Source: an uncultured delta proteobacterium
GTDB taxonomy: Bacteria > Desulfobacterota > Desulfobacteria > Desulfobacterales > QNYZ01
Length of the DNA stretch: 64,000 bases
Direction: 5' to 3'
NCBI GenBank assembly: GCA_963845145.1
Contig: CAWJQU010000003.1
Location: 96,001 to 160,000 of the forward strand
Shown here: positions 49,741-60,082 of the stretch, one piece after another
Numbering within the stretch: the first letter of the stretch is position 1
Layout of the letters: every line of letters starts with the position of its first letter
Translations under genes and position numbers: made by a program
Notes under the pieces: model-generated
Seen by the model: only the letters and a program-made list of their open reading frames with translations
Told to the model about the DNA's origin: nothing
Databases searched by the model: none

Positions 49741-50076
49741 ATGCAGTTACCGGAAGAGGGTTGTTTGATGAGAATTCATATCGGCGAAAAAAACCGATAT
49801 GAGAGCCGGCCACTTTATGACTGGATCGTTAACAAGGCCAGGGAATCCGGCCTGGCCGGCGCCACTGTTATTCGCGGTATGATGGGCTATGGTGCCAGCA
49901 GCCGTATCAAAACTGCCTCCATTTTATGTTTATCGGAAGATCTCCCCATCATTATCGAGTTGGTGGATACGCGCGAACAATTGGAGCAGTTTCTCGATCT
50001 CATTGAGCCGGTGATCAGTGAAGGGCTGACAACCATGGAAAAGGTGAATATCCGTTTCTATCGTTCGGGAGGTTAA
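49741..50076 (+). CDS. DUF190 (PII-like) protein, usual crcB neighbour
   Basis: GLAGATVIRG..GYG, LSEDLPIIIE.VD. Confidence 0.9.
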   Translation: MQLPEEGCLMRIHIGEKNRYESRPLYDWIVNKARESGLAGATVIRGMMGYGASSRIKTASILCLSEDLPIIIELVDTREQLEQFLDLIEPVISEGLTTMEKVNIRFYRSGG

Positions 50077-50098
50077 TTGGTACCAACGGTTTATCGGA

Positions 50099-50632
50099 TT
50101 ATTCCGACAGGTCCATGACGTCTGCGCCGGTCACCTTAAGTAACTCAGCCGTTTCAAGTTGCATCATGGCGTTGATCTTCCCTCCCCCACCAAAAACGAC
50201 TTTCTGGGCAATCACAATTTCATCCACCAGTGTCCGCAGCGGATACCGGTGACCAAAAGGCGGCATACTACCAACTTGAAAACCGGTTTTATCTAAAACC
50301 TGCTCCGGACTTGCGAATTTGACACGGCTTTTTCCCACGCCAAGATAAATGGCCAATTTTTTGCGATCCACGCGATTCAGTCCGTTGTTAATAACGAGTA
50401 ACGGCTCTTTCGACACCATGAATACCAGCGATTTGATTATCTGGTCGGTTTGCACGCCCAAGGCACGTGCGGCATCACGCACTGTAGGGGTTTTTTCTTT
50501 TAGCGGCAAAATAGTGGCATTGATGTGGGTAGTGTCAATAAATCTTTGCAGATCCATACAATTTAAAGGCCTTGCTAACATGTCTCCTTGTCTCCTATTC
50601 GGCTCATTGCCATTTGATATCGATTCTGCCAT
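50099..50632 (-). CDS. YbaK/EbsC-family aminoacyl-tRNA deacylase
   Basis: AA.ALG..QIIKSLVF, TGF.VG..PPFG, GGG; start 50632 or 50581. Confidence 0.88.
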   Translation of the reverse strand: MAESISNGNEPNRRQGDMLARPLNCMDLQRFIDTTHINATILPLKEKTPTVRDAARALGVQTDQIIKSLVFMVSKEPLLVINNGLNRVDRKKLAIYLGVGKSRVKFASPEQVLDKTGFQVGSMPPFGHRYPLRTLVDEIVIAQKVVFGGGGKINAMMQLETAELLKVTGADVMDLSE

Positions 50633-50793
50633 GGCAATTTCAGTTGTCCTTTTCCAGGCACCATCGCCTTGAGTTGTTATTTTAATTACAATTAATTTTT
50701 GTATTTAAAATTATAATTTATTATATCTAAATTTAATTATACGTTATCGCTTATATAACCTATTATATCAAAATATTATAATATTAGATGCAA

Positions 50794-50810
50794 TTGGCCT
50801 GTTTTTTGCA
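50794..50810 (+). promoter_or_regulatory. sigma54 (-24/-12) promoter
   Basis: TTGGCCTGTTTTTTGCA has GG-N10-GC; preceded by a very AT-rich tract of ~110 bp. Confidence 0.7.
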
Positions 50811-50899
50811 ATATTTTAACCAGGTGCAATCAATGCGAATAAATGGGTGGCGTGTGATTCCGTATTGTATAACCCAATAAACTGTGATTAATATCTGCT

Positions 50900-52618
50900 A
50901 TGGACAGAGACATTCTAATCGTAAGTACCGAACGCCCGCTCTTTGAAGATATCGAAAAAGCGTGCAAAAATTGCTGTCCCAGCAATATTTCACTAAGTCA
51001 TGTCCCGGACAGCAGGACGACCGCCGATCGGCTAAGAAGCCACTCAATCGCTCTGGTTGTAATCGCTAAACTTCCCGATGAAGAGAGTACGATCTCTTTA
51101 CTTTTCTACATATGGTCCTCTTTCCCGGATGTCCCAATCCTGAATATCGCAGGTGACCAGGAATTTCCTGAGTCGCTGATGATTGAGGAAGAAGGGATCG
51201 CCCTTCGAACCGGACAGACAGCATTGCCCATGCATATGTGGCCGGAGGTAATCAAAAAAACGCTTCATCGCGAGGAAGAAAGCGGCTTCCTCCTTGTTAA
51301 TGACGTATCGAACTTTGCCCAAATGATCGAAAACGAAGTGAGAACTTGCATACTGCGCATTATCGATCATTCTGATAGCCGCCTAGGCATTCTCTTTTTC
51401 GAAAAAGGGAAGTTAAAAAATGCCCGCTTGAAAACGGTTCAAGGTGAAATCGCCGCCTACGCCATTTTGTCCTGGGAAAACGTCAAGATCACCGTTCAAG
51501 ATTCCTGCGATATCTCACCACCTAAAATTCGATCCAATCTGCAAGCCATGCTCATTCGAAGCCAGGTTAAAAAAGACCACCAGGAAATGTCAATTTCGAA
51601 TTCATCAACTTGGATTGAGGCCGCTCAAGAAGAAAAGAAAACTTACCGAAAACTACTCAAACAACTTTCAGCGGCCCAAGTGAATGCAGACAAAAAAGTA
51701 ATACTAACGCCGACGCCGCCGACGCCAGTCGAATCGAAGAGGGGCAAAATCGGCCGTATCCCCATAGCGGCACTCATCGCCATTGGTCTGGCGTTGATAG
51801 CGGCCGTGATTTATTGGGGTAACGCTCACTTTAACCGGTCGGCAGTAGAACGCTCCGCTGTACCCCAGCAGGTATTTTCCAATATCACCCCGACACAAGA
51901 TGTAAAGGCTCCGCCTAAAGAAATGAAGTCCAAGCCCCTTCGGACTAAAATCATTAAGGAAATCCCCCCCTCGGAATCGCCCCCCCTGGAAAAACCATCT
52001 ACGGCAACGCCTACGAAGAACGCGCCGAAGCCTGTAAGTGAGCCGTTAAAAACCGTTTCACCTAACAACCCCACAACAAATAAAGTCACCGGGGATAAAA
52101 CAACATCAACATTGAACCAAAAGACCCCTGATTTGACAACCGAGCCCTCAGCGCCTTTGTCTCCCCCGAAAAACTTGGAAAAAACGCAGTCCGGACATGA
52201 GACCCAGACGGCACAGCCTCCTCCAGCAGGTACGGCCGCATTAAATAGCAAACCACCATCAAACCCAGAGCCGGCAAACCCAGAGCCAGCAGGCCAGGAG
52301 ACCACATATTCGGTATATCTTCATTATACCTACCATGAAAACCGGTCATTGGCCTACAGTTTGGCGGATCATTTGCTTGCGGCTAATTTCAAAGTACCTC
52401 GGATCGAACATGCGGCATACAAAAAGAACGACATCCGCTTTTTCCACACAGCCGATCAAGGCCTTGCCAACCAACTTAAATCAGAGGTAGTGGTATTCTT
52501 AAAGGATAAATTCCCCGGTAAGAGCGGGGTTCAATTCAGAATGAAAAGTCTTGCCAAAAGATACCCCAACACACCCCGGGGCCAACTGGAAATATGGCTC
52601 AACCTTCCTGGGAAATAG
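50900..52618 (+). CDS. Degenerate receiver + DUF4388 domain + TM helix + Pro/Thr-rich linker + small C-terminal domain
   Basis: Receiver-like ILIVS start lacking the acidic pocket; G.LFF..G...A...GE.AAY.IL.W; TM IAALIAIGLALIAAVIYW. Confidence 0.72.
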   Translation: MDRDILIVSTERPLFEDIEKACKNCCPSNISLSHVPDSRTTADRLRSHSIALVVIAKLPDEESTISLLFYIWSSFPDVPILNIAGDQEFPESLMIEEEGIALRTGQTALPMHMWPEVIKKTLHREEESGFLLVNDVSNFAQMIENEVRTCILRIIDHSDSRLGILFFEKGKLKNARLKTVQGEIAAYAILSWENVKITVQDSCDISPPKIRSNLQAMLIRSQVKKDHQEMSISNSSTWIEAAQEEKKTYRKLLKQLSAAQVNADKKVILTPTPPTPVESKRGKIGRIPIAALIAIGLALIAAVIYWGNAHFNRSAVERSAVPQQVFSNITPTQDVKAPPKEMKSKPLRTKIIKEIPPSESPPLEKPSTATPTKNAPKPVSEPLKTVSPNNPTTNKVTGDKTTSTLNQKTPDLTTEPSAPLSPPKNLEKTQSGHETQTAQPPPAGTAALNSKPPSNPEPANPEPAGQETTYSVYLHYTYHENRSLAYSLADHLLAANFKVPRIEHAAYKKNDIRFFHTADQGLANQLKSEVVVFLKDKFPGKSGVQFRMKSLAKRYPNTPRGQLEIWLNLPGK

Positions 52619-52701
52619 GGTAAAGGATAGAGGCAAGGGATACCTCGGCCGACTGTAGACCCATTGCCGGCCGAACTATTCCCCTGCACCAGATATAACC
52701 G

Positions 52702-53694
52702 TCAGGGCTGATGCGGTGTATAAGCCTCCAGGTTAATCAAATGCTGCGGCTGCTTCCCTCCCAGATAATCGATGAACTGATCGACCACACCCACATTCAT
52801 ATTGTTCATGGCCTCGGTGGTAAAGGCTGCGGTATGGGGCGTTAGGACCACATTGTCCAGTTCCAGCAACGGAGAATCCGTGGGTGGTTCTGTTTCAAAC
52901 ACATCCAGTCCGGCCCCGGCTATGCCGCCCGCTTTTAACACCTGACATAGATCCGCTTCGTCAACGATCTCTCCTCGGGCTGCATTGATTAGGATGGCGG
53001 TGGGTTTCATCAGCCCCAAGGTCCTTGCATTGATCATCTTATTGTTTTCCGGGGTGAGCGGCGCATGCAGTGAGACAACATCCGAAATCCTGAGCAGATC
53101 TTCCAGCTCAACCCTTTTAATCTTGTGCTCATTCGCAAACACTTCCGGCCAATAGGGGTCATGGGCAACAATATTCATATCAAACCCTTTGGCCCGTAAA
53201 GCCACGGCGCGACCTATGGCGCCGAGGCCCACAATCCCCATGGTTTTTTGCCAGAGCTCTATGCCCATGATTTTAGTATGTTCCCAGCGCTTGTCCCGTA
53301 AGCTTTGGTCGCAATAGATGATCTTACGAGCCACGGCCAGGAGTATGGCAAAAGTATGGTCTGCCACAGCCTGGTTATTCACACCCGGCGTATTAAACAC
53401 GATAACCCCATGGCGGCTGGCGGCCTTGATATCGATCATATCGAGGCCGACGCCCATTTTGGCGACCACCTTTAAGTTAGGGGCTTGGTCAAGTAACCCG
53501 TCGTTAATAACCAGGTCGTTGCCGCTTAATACCGCATCCGCCGTTTTTAAGGCTGCCATGAAGTCCGCATCTTGAGGCCCCTTACCGCGCAAATCGATAA
53601 TTTCAAGCCCTGAAGTGTTAAGAAGCACTTCCATGGGTTTTTTGTCAAACACGCAAAAGGGTCTGGCCTCAATTATAAGTTTAACTGGTTTCAT
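52702..53694 (-). CDS. D-isomer-specific 2-hydroxyacid dehydrogenase (SerA-like, no ACT domain)
   Basis: GVGLD.ID, GIVGLGAIG, INAARG, LDVF..EP, TPH. Confidence 0.9.
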   Translation of the reverse strand: MKPVKLIIEARPFCVFDKKPMEVLLNTSGLEIIDLRGKGPQDADFMAALKTADAVLSGNDLVINDGLLDQAPNLKVVAKMGVGLDMIDIKAASRHGVIVFNTPGVNNQAVADHTFAILLAVARKIIYCDQSLRDKRWEHTKIMGIELWQKTMGIVGLGAIGRAVALRAKGFDMNIVAHDPYWPEVFANEHKIKRVELEDLLRISDVVSLHAPLTPENNKMINARTLGLMKPTAILINAARGEIVDEADLCQVLKAGGIAGAGLDVFETEPPTDSPLLELDNVVLTPHTAAFTTEAMNNMNVGVVDQFIDYLGGKQPQHLINLEAYTPHQP

Positions 53695-53715
53695 CAAAAC
53701 ATTTCCTGATTAGGT

Positions 53716-54906
53716 TTAACCGATCTTAAGGACCATTGCGCCTGCTGTATCGCCCGCTGCGCAACCACCAAACAACAGATAACCGCCGCCGTTCATTGCC
53801 ACTTCCTCGATTCCTTCGATAATACATCGACCGGCCGTGGGGCCCTGGGGGTGACCAAACACAATGGGGCTGCCATAGTTATTCATTCCCATCACATCGA
53901 TATTGAACTCTTTAGCCATATAAAGATCGTTGGATGCAAAAGGATTGTGGGTTTTAATCGTTTTTATATCGTCAATGGATAGGCCGGCATTTTCTAATGC
54001 CATCCGGCTGGCGGGCACCACAGCCTTAGCCATAAACCCTTTATCCGTGCGAGAAAAACCATATGATACCACCTGGACCTCGATGTTGGGATCAATGCTC
54101 AGCTCCTTGGCTATTTCCCGCGTGGTCACCTGGATACCGACATTTCCATCCGCCGGATGTGTCTGGGCACCAAAGGTGTGCACACCACCGGGAAGAACCG
54201 GTTTCAGTTTGGCAAGCCCTTCGGCAGTTGTTGGGAATATACCTTCGTCTGCTTCCACGAGGTTCGTCTTTTTCTTGGAAACCTTTACTTCCACCGGAAA
54301 CATATACCGTTTTTGAAAGGCACGATCATCCGCTAAGGCATCCTCATATTGTTCTGAACGCCGGAGCGCCACCGCATCGCACTCCTCTCTGGTAGCCCCG
54401 GCTTCCTTGGCTACGTTTTCGGCCGTCTGAATCATCGCGCCTTTAGCGGTAGGATCGTATCCAAAATGATCCATAACCCAATCTTCCGAAACGACCTGTC
54501 CGCCAGGTCCCTTGGGATTAGGCCAAATAGTGTGCGGCCCGTTGGAGCATCGATCGAGCATTAAGCAAAACGGTTGTTGGTACAATCCTGTCTCAACCCC
54601 CACACTGGCTTGATAGATACAGGTAGTGGATGTCGAACAGGCCTGCATCAGCGTGACACCTGGCATATGGCCGGCCCCCATCATATGCGCCGCCCATGTG
54701 CTCCCATAAAATAGATAGGGTTGCCCAACCGTCGTTCCCATAACCAGGTAGTCCATTGCGCTCGCGTCCCAGTTTTTTTCGCCAAGCCAACGTTTCGCTG
54801 TTTCTGCACCCAACACAATGGAATTTTCATTGGCAAAACTTCCCTGCCAACGGGCAAATGGCGAACTGAAATATCCGCCATAAGGAATGTACGCTTTGGT
54901 CAGCAT
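53716..54906 (-). CDS. Thiolase-family acyltransferase
   Basis: QACSTS, DEG, ADG, HNPF, GHPQG, CAAG. Confidence 0.88.
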   Translation of the reverse strand: MLTKAYIPYGGYFSSPFARWQGSFANENSIVLGAETAKRWLGEKNWDASAMDYLVMGTTVGQPYLFYGSTWAAHMMGAGHMPGVTLMQACSTSTTCIYQASVGVETGLYQQPFCLMLDRCSNGPHTIWPNPKGPGGQVVSEDWVMDHFGYDPTAKGAMIQTAENVAKEAGATREECDAVALRRSEQYEDALADDRAFQKRYMFPVEVKVSKKKTNLVEADEGIFPTTAEGLAKLKPVLPGGVHTFGAQTHPADGNVGIQVTTREIAKELSIDPNIEVQVVSYGFSRTDKGFMAKAVVPASRMALENAGLSIDDIKTIKTHNPFASNDLYMAKEFNIDVMGMNNYGSPIVFGHPQGPTAGRCIIEGIEEVAMNGGGYLLFGGCAAGDTAGAMVLKIG

Positions 54907-54952
54907 GAATAATACCTCCTGTGATATTGATTATAAAAAAAACAACTCGTTA

Positions 54953-56512
54953 TTATTTACTTTGAATTTTCTCTTTTAGTTTTCGATGGATTATTTTTCC
55001 ACTGGTCGTTCGAGGCATTTCGTCCTCTTTTATAAAATGCACTTCTTTGGGCCGTTTATAACCGGCCAGGCCTTTTTGACAGCAATTATTGATAGTCTCT
55101 TCATTAATTTGACTTTCATCCATTCCGTCCTTGACAACCACAACGGCCACGACCTTTTCACCCCACTTATCGTCCGGCAGGCCAATACAGGCACAGTCGA
55201 AAACGCATTCATCACTACCGACAACCTCCTCGACCTCACTGGGATAAACATGTTCACCGCCGGTGATGATCATGTTGTCTTTCCGGTCGACGATTTCGTA
55301 AAATCCGTCTTCATCCTGGCGCGCCATATCTCCGGCTGAAAACCACTCGCCCTGAAAAGATGACGCTGTCTTTTCCGGTAATTTATAATACTCGTCAAAC
55401 AGCATGGGGCCTTTGGAATAGAGTTCGCCGACTTCACCCCGAGGTACCTCTTGACCATTTTCATCCAAGATCTTTAAAAAATCGGTTCCAAGGGTTTCGT
55501 AGCCAATGGAGCCAAGCTTGCGCATCTGGTCTTCAGGCTTCAGCACGGTAACGATGCCGGCCTCGGAGGAACCATACCCTTCGTATAGTTCAACACCGGA
55601 AAAGAAGTCCATGATGGCCAGTTTCATACTCTTTCTCACCGGTGCCGATGAACAGAGCAACTTTCGGACCGAGCTGACGTCCCATTTCTTTTCATCACCC
55701 ACTGCATTAAGTATTATATTATAATGTGTTGGTATCAAAGAAATAAATGTCGCCTTTTCTTTTTCAATAATAGAAAGGATCTCATGGGGACGAAAGGAAC
55801 GCGCCGGGTGAATATAAACACTGGCGCCAATATAAAGAAAGGTGAATGTAAAAAAAGTGGAATTGATATGACACAATGGCATAACATTCAAACAGATGTC
55901 ATGATCATTAAACGCAAAGTCAATGCCATTGATCAGGTAAAAGGCGATATGGGAGGCATGAGAACGAACCACGCCTTTGGGTTTACCGGTAGTACCCGAA
56001 GTGTAGATCAATATCCAGGTATCTTCAGGAGCGACGGCGACCTGCGGTTCGTTTTTTGATCCGTCACTGAGCATGTCTTCATAATTGCGGAATCCGGCCA
56101 CATTTTCGCCGACGACAAAAAAGTTATTCGAACCAATTTGTGGTAGGCGTTCACGGATACCCTCCACAATCGGGGCAAATTCATCATCAACGATGAGCGC
56201 ACTCGCATCGGAATTATTGACGATATACTCGACCTCTCTGCCCACCAATCGAAAATTGATGGGAACAATGATCAGGCCTGATTTAGCCGTCGCTAAAAAG
56301 ATTTCCACAATCTCGATGCTGTTTTCCATCAGTACGGCGACCTTGTCACCTTTCTCAAGCCCCAGCTTTAAAAGGCTGTCCGCCAACCTGTTGACCCGTT
56401 CATTTACTTCAGGATAGGTGAAGCTGCGTTGGGCGTCTTTTAGGGCTACCGTCTTGGGATATTTCTTGGCATTCATTTTTAAATGCTGCCCAAGGTTCAT
56501 CCAAGCTGTCAC
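54953..56512 (-). CDS. AMP-forming acyl-CoA synthetase (ANL superfamily)
   Basis: YTSGTTGKPKG, YGSSE, GD, DRKD..ITGGE, PRT.SGK. Confidence 0.93.
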   Translation of the reverse strand: MTAWMNLGQHLKMNAKKYPKTVALKDAQRSFTYPEVNERVNRLADSLLKLGLEKGDKVAVLMENSIEIVEIFLATAKSGLIIVPINFRLVGREVEYIVNNSDASALIVDDEFAPIVEGIRERLPQIGSNNFFVVGENVAGFRNYEDMLSDGSKNEPQVAVAPEDTWILIYTSGTTGKPKGVVRSHASHIAFYLINGIDFAFNDHDICLNVMPLCHINSTFFTFTFLYIGASVYIHPARSFRPHEILSIIEKEKATFISLIPTHYNIILNAVGDEKKWDVSSVRKLLCSSAPVRKSMKLAIMDFFSGVELYEGYGSSEAGIVTVLKPEDQMRKLGSIGYETLGTDFLKILDENGQEVPRGEVGELYSKGPMLFDEYYKLPEKTASSFQGEWFSAGDMARQDEDGFYEIVDRKDNMIITGGEHVYPSEVEEVVGSDECVFDCACIGLPDDKWGEKVVAVVVVKDGMDESQINEETINNCCQKGLAGYKRPKEVHFIKEDEMPRTTSGKIIHRKLKEKIQSK

Positions 56513-56625
56513 GGTTACCTCCTTTAATTAAGCGTTACCAGCACGAGACGATAATCTGGCAAGCCGTTGAGCTGATAGCAAGGAATTTTTAGTTCGTTAC
56601 CAGCTCAATAACTCACCAGCTTCTT

Positions 56626-58704
56626 TTAAATGGCTATTCTTGCGTCAACGGCAAATACGCCTGTTTCAAAGGCCATTACCGGGTTTAAGTCCATCTCCTG
56701 AATTTCCGGCAGGTCCCCGACCAACTGAGATAATTTTGAGAGCAACTCTTCAATCGCTTTCAGGTCGACGCCTTTTTGGCCACGAACGCCAGATAGTAAC
56801 GGAGCCCCTTTAATAGTAGACAGCATCTCCTTAGCGTCGGTATCGGTAAGGGGCGTCAGATTAAAGACGACATCTTTTAAAACCTCTACGAATATACCGC
56901 CCAAACCGAACATGATGATGTGCCCAAGCCCCTCTTCCGCTTTGGCGCCAAGAATGATCTCCATACCACCCGGTAGAAATTTCTGCACAAAAAAGCGCAG
57001 ATCGTCGGCTTTCAGCCCATCTGCCATTTTTTGGGCCGCGCCTTGGGCAGCGTCTCGATCTTTTAAGTTGACGGCCACGCCCCCCATGTCGCTTTTGTGA
57101 ACCACGGATTGAGCATCGGCTTTTATGACCACAGGAAATCCGATGGCTTCGGCCATTTTCGCCGCTTCGTCGGGAGAATCCGCCATGCGCCATTCGGCGG
57201 TGGGGATCGAATAAGCATCCAGAATTTGGTAAACTTCTTCGGCGGAAAGCATTTGGCGGCCATCACCTTTGGCTTTTGAAATGATGGCCGCGGCCCGGCC
57301 TTTATCGACGCCTGCGAATGTCTTGACTTCACCGGCATCCCGACTCCGAATTCGATGATACCTCACCAACGCAGTGAGAGCCCGGGCGGCTTCTCCGGGC
57401 AGTGCAAAACAGGGCACGCCACCCTTTTGTAGAATTCCAACCACTGAAGCCCATTGCTGCCGATCCGTCATCAGATTGCAAACGATCGGTTTGAGCTGCT
57501 GCTTGCTAACCGCTACGATCTCCTCGGCAATTTTATCATTATCGACGAAAAACGGTGTGACAAAATTAACAAGAATACTATCAAAATGGTCATCGACCAT
57601 CATGGCATCCAGGCAGGCACGGTAGTGTTCGCCCGTGCCCGTAGCCAATACGTCCACAGGGTTATGGACAGCGGCGTCGGCGAATAATTTTTCCTTGAGC
57701 ACTTTTTCTGTTTTCTCCGAAAGGGGCGGTAATTCGAGGCCGGCGTCAACCAGGATGTCCGTTCCGATAACCGCCGGTCCTCCCGTATTTGTAATGATGC
57801 CCACACGGTTCCCCTTGGGTATCGGTTGGGAGGCAAAGGCGGCCGCGGCATTGATGAGTTCCCCTTCATCTCGAAAATCGATGATGCCCGCCTTTTTAAA
57901 GATAAGATCCGTAGCAATATCCTTTTTGGCCAACCCGCCGGTATGGGAAGCCGCCGCCTGAGCGCCTTCTTCGGTTCGGCCGGCTTTCATGGCCAATACC
58001 GGTTTTTTGGCCGCTACTTCCTTTGCAACTTCCATAAAAGTAGACGGGTCTCTTAACCCTTCCACATAGGTCACTATGACACGCGTACCGTCGTCATCAC
58101 CCAGGTACCGAATAAGCTCCGGAATGGTAATATCGCACGCATTACCATTGGAGGCATAAATCCGTGTGCCTACCCCCATAGAGGAAAACCCCTGATGGAT
58201 GACTTCCGCCACGCCACCGCTTAAAGCGACAATGGAAATATGCCCCGGCTCTGGAAAGGTAAACGTAAAATTGCAATAGGCCCGGTGATCCGGATCTGAA
58301 TTTATGATCCCCTGACAATTGGGGCCGAACACGCGCATACCGTATTTTTTTGCCACTACCATAAACGCATCTTCGATGGCCGCACCTTCAGCACCCACTT
58401 CCGAAAATCCGCCGGAGTTGATGATGATGTGTTTAACCCCCTTTTTACCGCAATCTTCAAAGGCCATGGGCACAAACTTGGCCGGAATCACCATATGGGC
58501 CACATCGATCGGACCTTCTACGTCCAGCAGGGATTTGTAGGCTTTGAGCCCCCGAATTTCGTCAGCCTTGGGGTTTATGGGATATATTCCGCCCTTGTAA
58601 CCGAAATCGATTAAATTTTTTATCACCCGGTTACCGATATGCAACTCCTTGCTCGAAGCTCCGACAACGGCAACGCCCCGTGGTTTAAATAGCGCATCTA
58701 ACAT
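56626..58704 (-). CDS. ADP-forming acetate/acyl-CoA ligase (fused alpha-beta)
   Basis: VAVVGAS, GPNC.G, ASHTG phospho-His, ATP-grasp HKSD.GGV, DLNPV, VDARI. Confidence 0.92.
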   Translation of the reverse strand: MLDALFKPRGVAVVGASSKELHIGNRVIKNLIDFGYKGGIYPINPKADEIRGLKAYKSLLDVEGPIDVAHMVIPAKFVPMAFEDCGKKGVKHIIINSGGFSEVGAEGAAIEDAFMVVAKKYGMRVFGPNCQGIINSDPDHRAYCNFTFTFPEPGHISIVALSGGVAEVIHQGFSSMGVGTRIYASNGNACDITIPELIRYLGDDDGTRVIVTYVEGLRDPSTFMEVAKEVAAKKPVLAMKAGRTEEGAQAAASHTGGLAKKDIATDLIFKKAGIIDFRDEGELINAAAAFASQPIPKGNRVGIITNTGGPAVIGTDILVDAGLELPPLSEKTEKVLKEKLFADAAVHNPVDVLATGTGEHYRACLDAMMVDDHFDSILVNFVTPFFVDNDKIAEEIVAVSKQQLKPIVCNLMTDRQQWASVVGILQKGGVPCFALPGEAARALTALVRYHRIRSRDAGEVKTFAGVDKGRAAAIISKAKGDGRQMLSAEEVYQILDAYSIPTAEWRMADSPDEAAKMAEAIGFPVVIKADAQSVVHKSDMGGVAVNLKDRDAAQGAAQKMADGLKADDLRFFVQKFLPGGMEIILGAKAEEGLGHIIMFGLGGIFVEVLKDVVFNLTPLTDTDAKEMLSTIKGAPLLSGVRGQKGVDLKAIEELLSKLSQLVGDLPEIQEMDLNPVMAFETGVFAVDARIAI

Positions 58705-58799
58705 TTATCGCTCCTTGATTCGTCGATGGTGGTGTTCGTCAAAACGATCATTCTCAATACCGTTTTCTCTAATCGGGTGTATCCTACCAACAATCTGTA

Positions 58800-60050
58800 T
58801 TACCCTTCCCTCTCTTCCAACTGCTCAATAAATGCCTCCACATTCGTTTTGGTCTGTTCGTCGGAAATCATTCTTAAATCATTTAAATCCCCGTTAATCA
58901 CCAACGACGGGATTTTCGTTTCTTCTTCCAGGCGTCGGGCCATACCGTACCGACAATTAGAGTTGTTGGGGCATGTCATGGCATCGTGATACACAATGCC
59001 GTCCACCTTAAAAAAGTCCAACATCCGTTTAATATATTCTTCCTTGGCCTCATCGGATCGCACGATGAACAACTTCGTATAGGCCCGGGCCATACTGTTG
59101 AATGGGTCATTTTCATCAAAATCCGAAAAAATCCAGCTGTTGCAGTAAGTTGATGCCAGCACGTTAGCACCCAAAGCCGAAAAGAGCTTTGAATGGGTAC
59201 TCAAGCGTCCCCATACAGGCATCCCTTCCCAATAGATCCGAAACTTTTCACCCTCAACGGCAGAGACCTGATCCTGAACACGCTCCTCCAATTCCGCCAA
59301 GAGACCAATATAATAATCGACAGCTTGCTGGGTGCCTCGCAGAACAACAGCAGGTCCCATATGAATCGTCCCATCAAAAAATGTAATCGGTGACGGCTTC
59401 TTCCCGGCGGTGAAAAGTACTTTTTGCCAAAGCTCCGAACACTCGCGGGAGAGGGCCATGACGCGTTTTAGCTCATTAATGTCAAATTTATTTCCTGAGA
59501 CTTCCTCCAGCGCCGGGATCAGGTTTTTGATTTGCTCGGCAACGGAAGTCACATGTTCCTCGCCGACATCCCCCACGCCCCGGTGGGTATGAATTCCAAT
59601 CACCGGCACGTTGAACTCATTACCATACCAGGCAAACCAGTCCTGAACATCCCGGCATTGATTGGTATTGAATACGAGCACATCAGGCTTGGGTACCGAC
59701 TCGATGCCCGGATACGCTTTTGATAGCGGGGTAACCCCCTTCATGTAAGCGCCGATATCGGCGGTGAGGTAAGAACAGATCGTCGGGGTATAACCGATGG
59801 CGTTGGCTTCGGGAATCATGTCGGTGGCCATTCGGGTGGCACCCAACATGGCCCCGTGGTTTTCGGGAAAGTGAACCAAGAACCCCATGGCCCGTAACAG
59901 TTCCGCCGGCCCGACACTAGTACACCAAGCGATGGGCTTGCTGCGATCCTTGGCAGCTGCGTCCAGTTCATAAAAGTAATCGGCCATGATTTTTCCCATC
60001 TGGGCCGTGGCTTTTATCTTAATACGTTTCACTTTTTTTTCTTCCGCCAT
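58800..60050 (-). CDS. 2-hydroxyacyl-CoA dehydratase subunit (HgdA/B, FldB/C, BcrB/C family)
   Basis: PEN, ICSY, QC, DG.V.H..TC, GD..D, T.VEAF.E. Confidence 0.88.
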   Translation of the reverse strand: MAEEKKVKRIKIKATAQMGKIMADYFYELDAAAKDRSKPIAWCTSVGPAELLRAMGFLVHFPENHGAMLGATRMATDMIPEANAIGYTPTICSYLTADIGAYMKGVTPLSKAYPGIESVPKPDVLVFNTNQCRDVQDWFAWYGNEFNVPVIGIHTHRGVGDVGEEHVTSVAEQIKNLIPALEEVSGNKFDINELKRVMALSRECSELWQKVLFTAGKKPSPITFFDGTIHMGPAVVLRGTQQAVDYYIGLLAELEERVQDQVSAVEGEKFRIYWEGMPVWGRLSTHSKLFSALGANVLASTYCNSWIFSDFDENDPFNSMARAYTKLFIVRSDEAKEEYIKRMLDFFKVDGIVYHDAMTCPNNSNCRYGMARRLEEETKIPSLVINGDLNDLRMISDEQTKTNVEAFIEQLEEREG

Positions 60051-60082
60051 TTTATCACCTCTTTAATAATTGATAAGTCGTT

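Noticed and set aside
50633..50670. GGCGATGGTG on the minus strand, resembling the start of a fluoride riboswitch near crcB
   Set aside because: It lacks the pairing TCGCC and downstream GCTRATGAC elements, and it precedes ybaK rather than crcB
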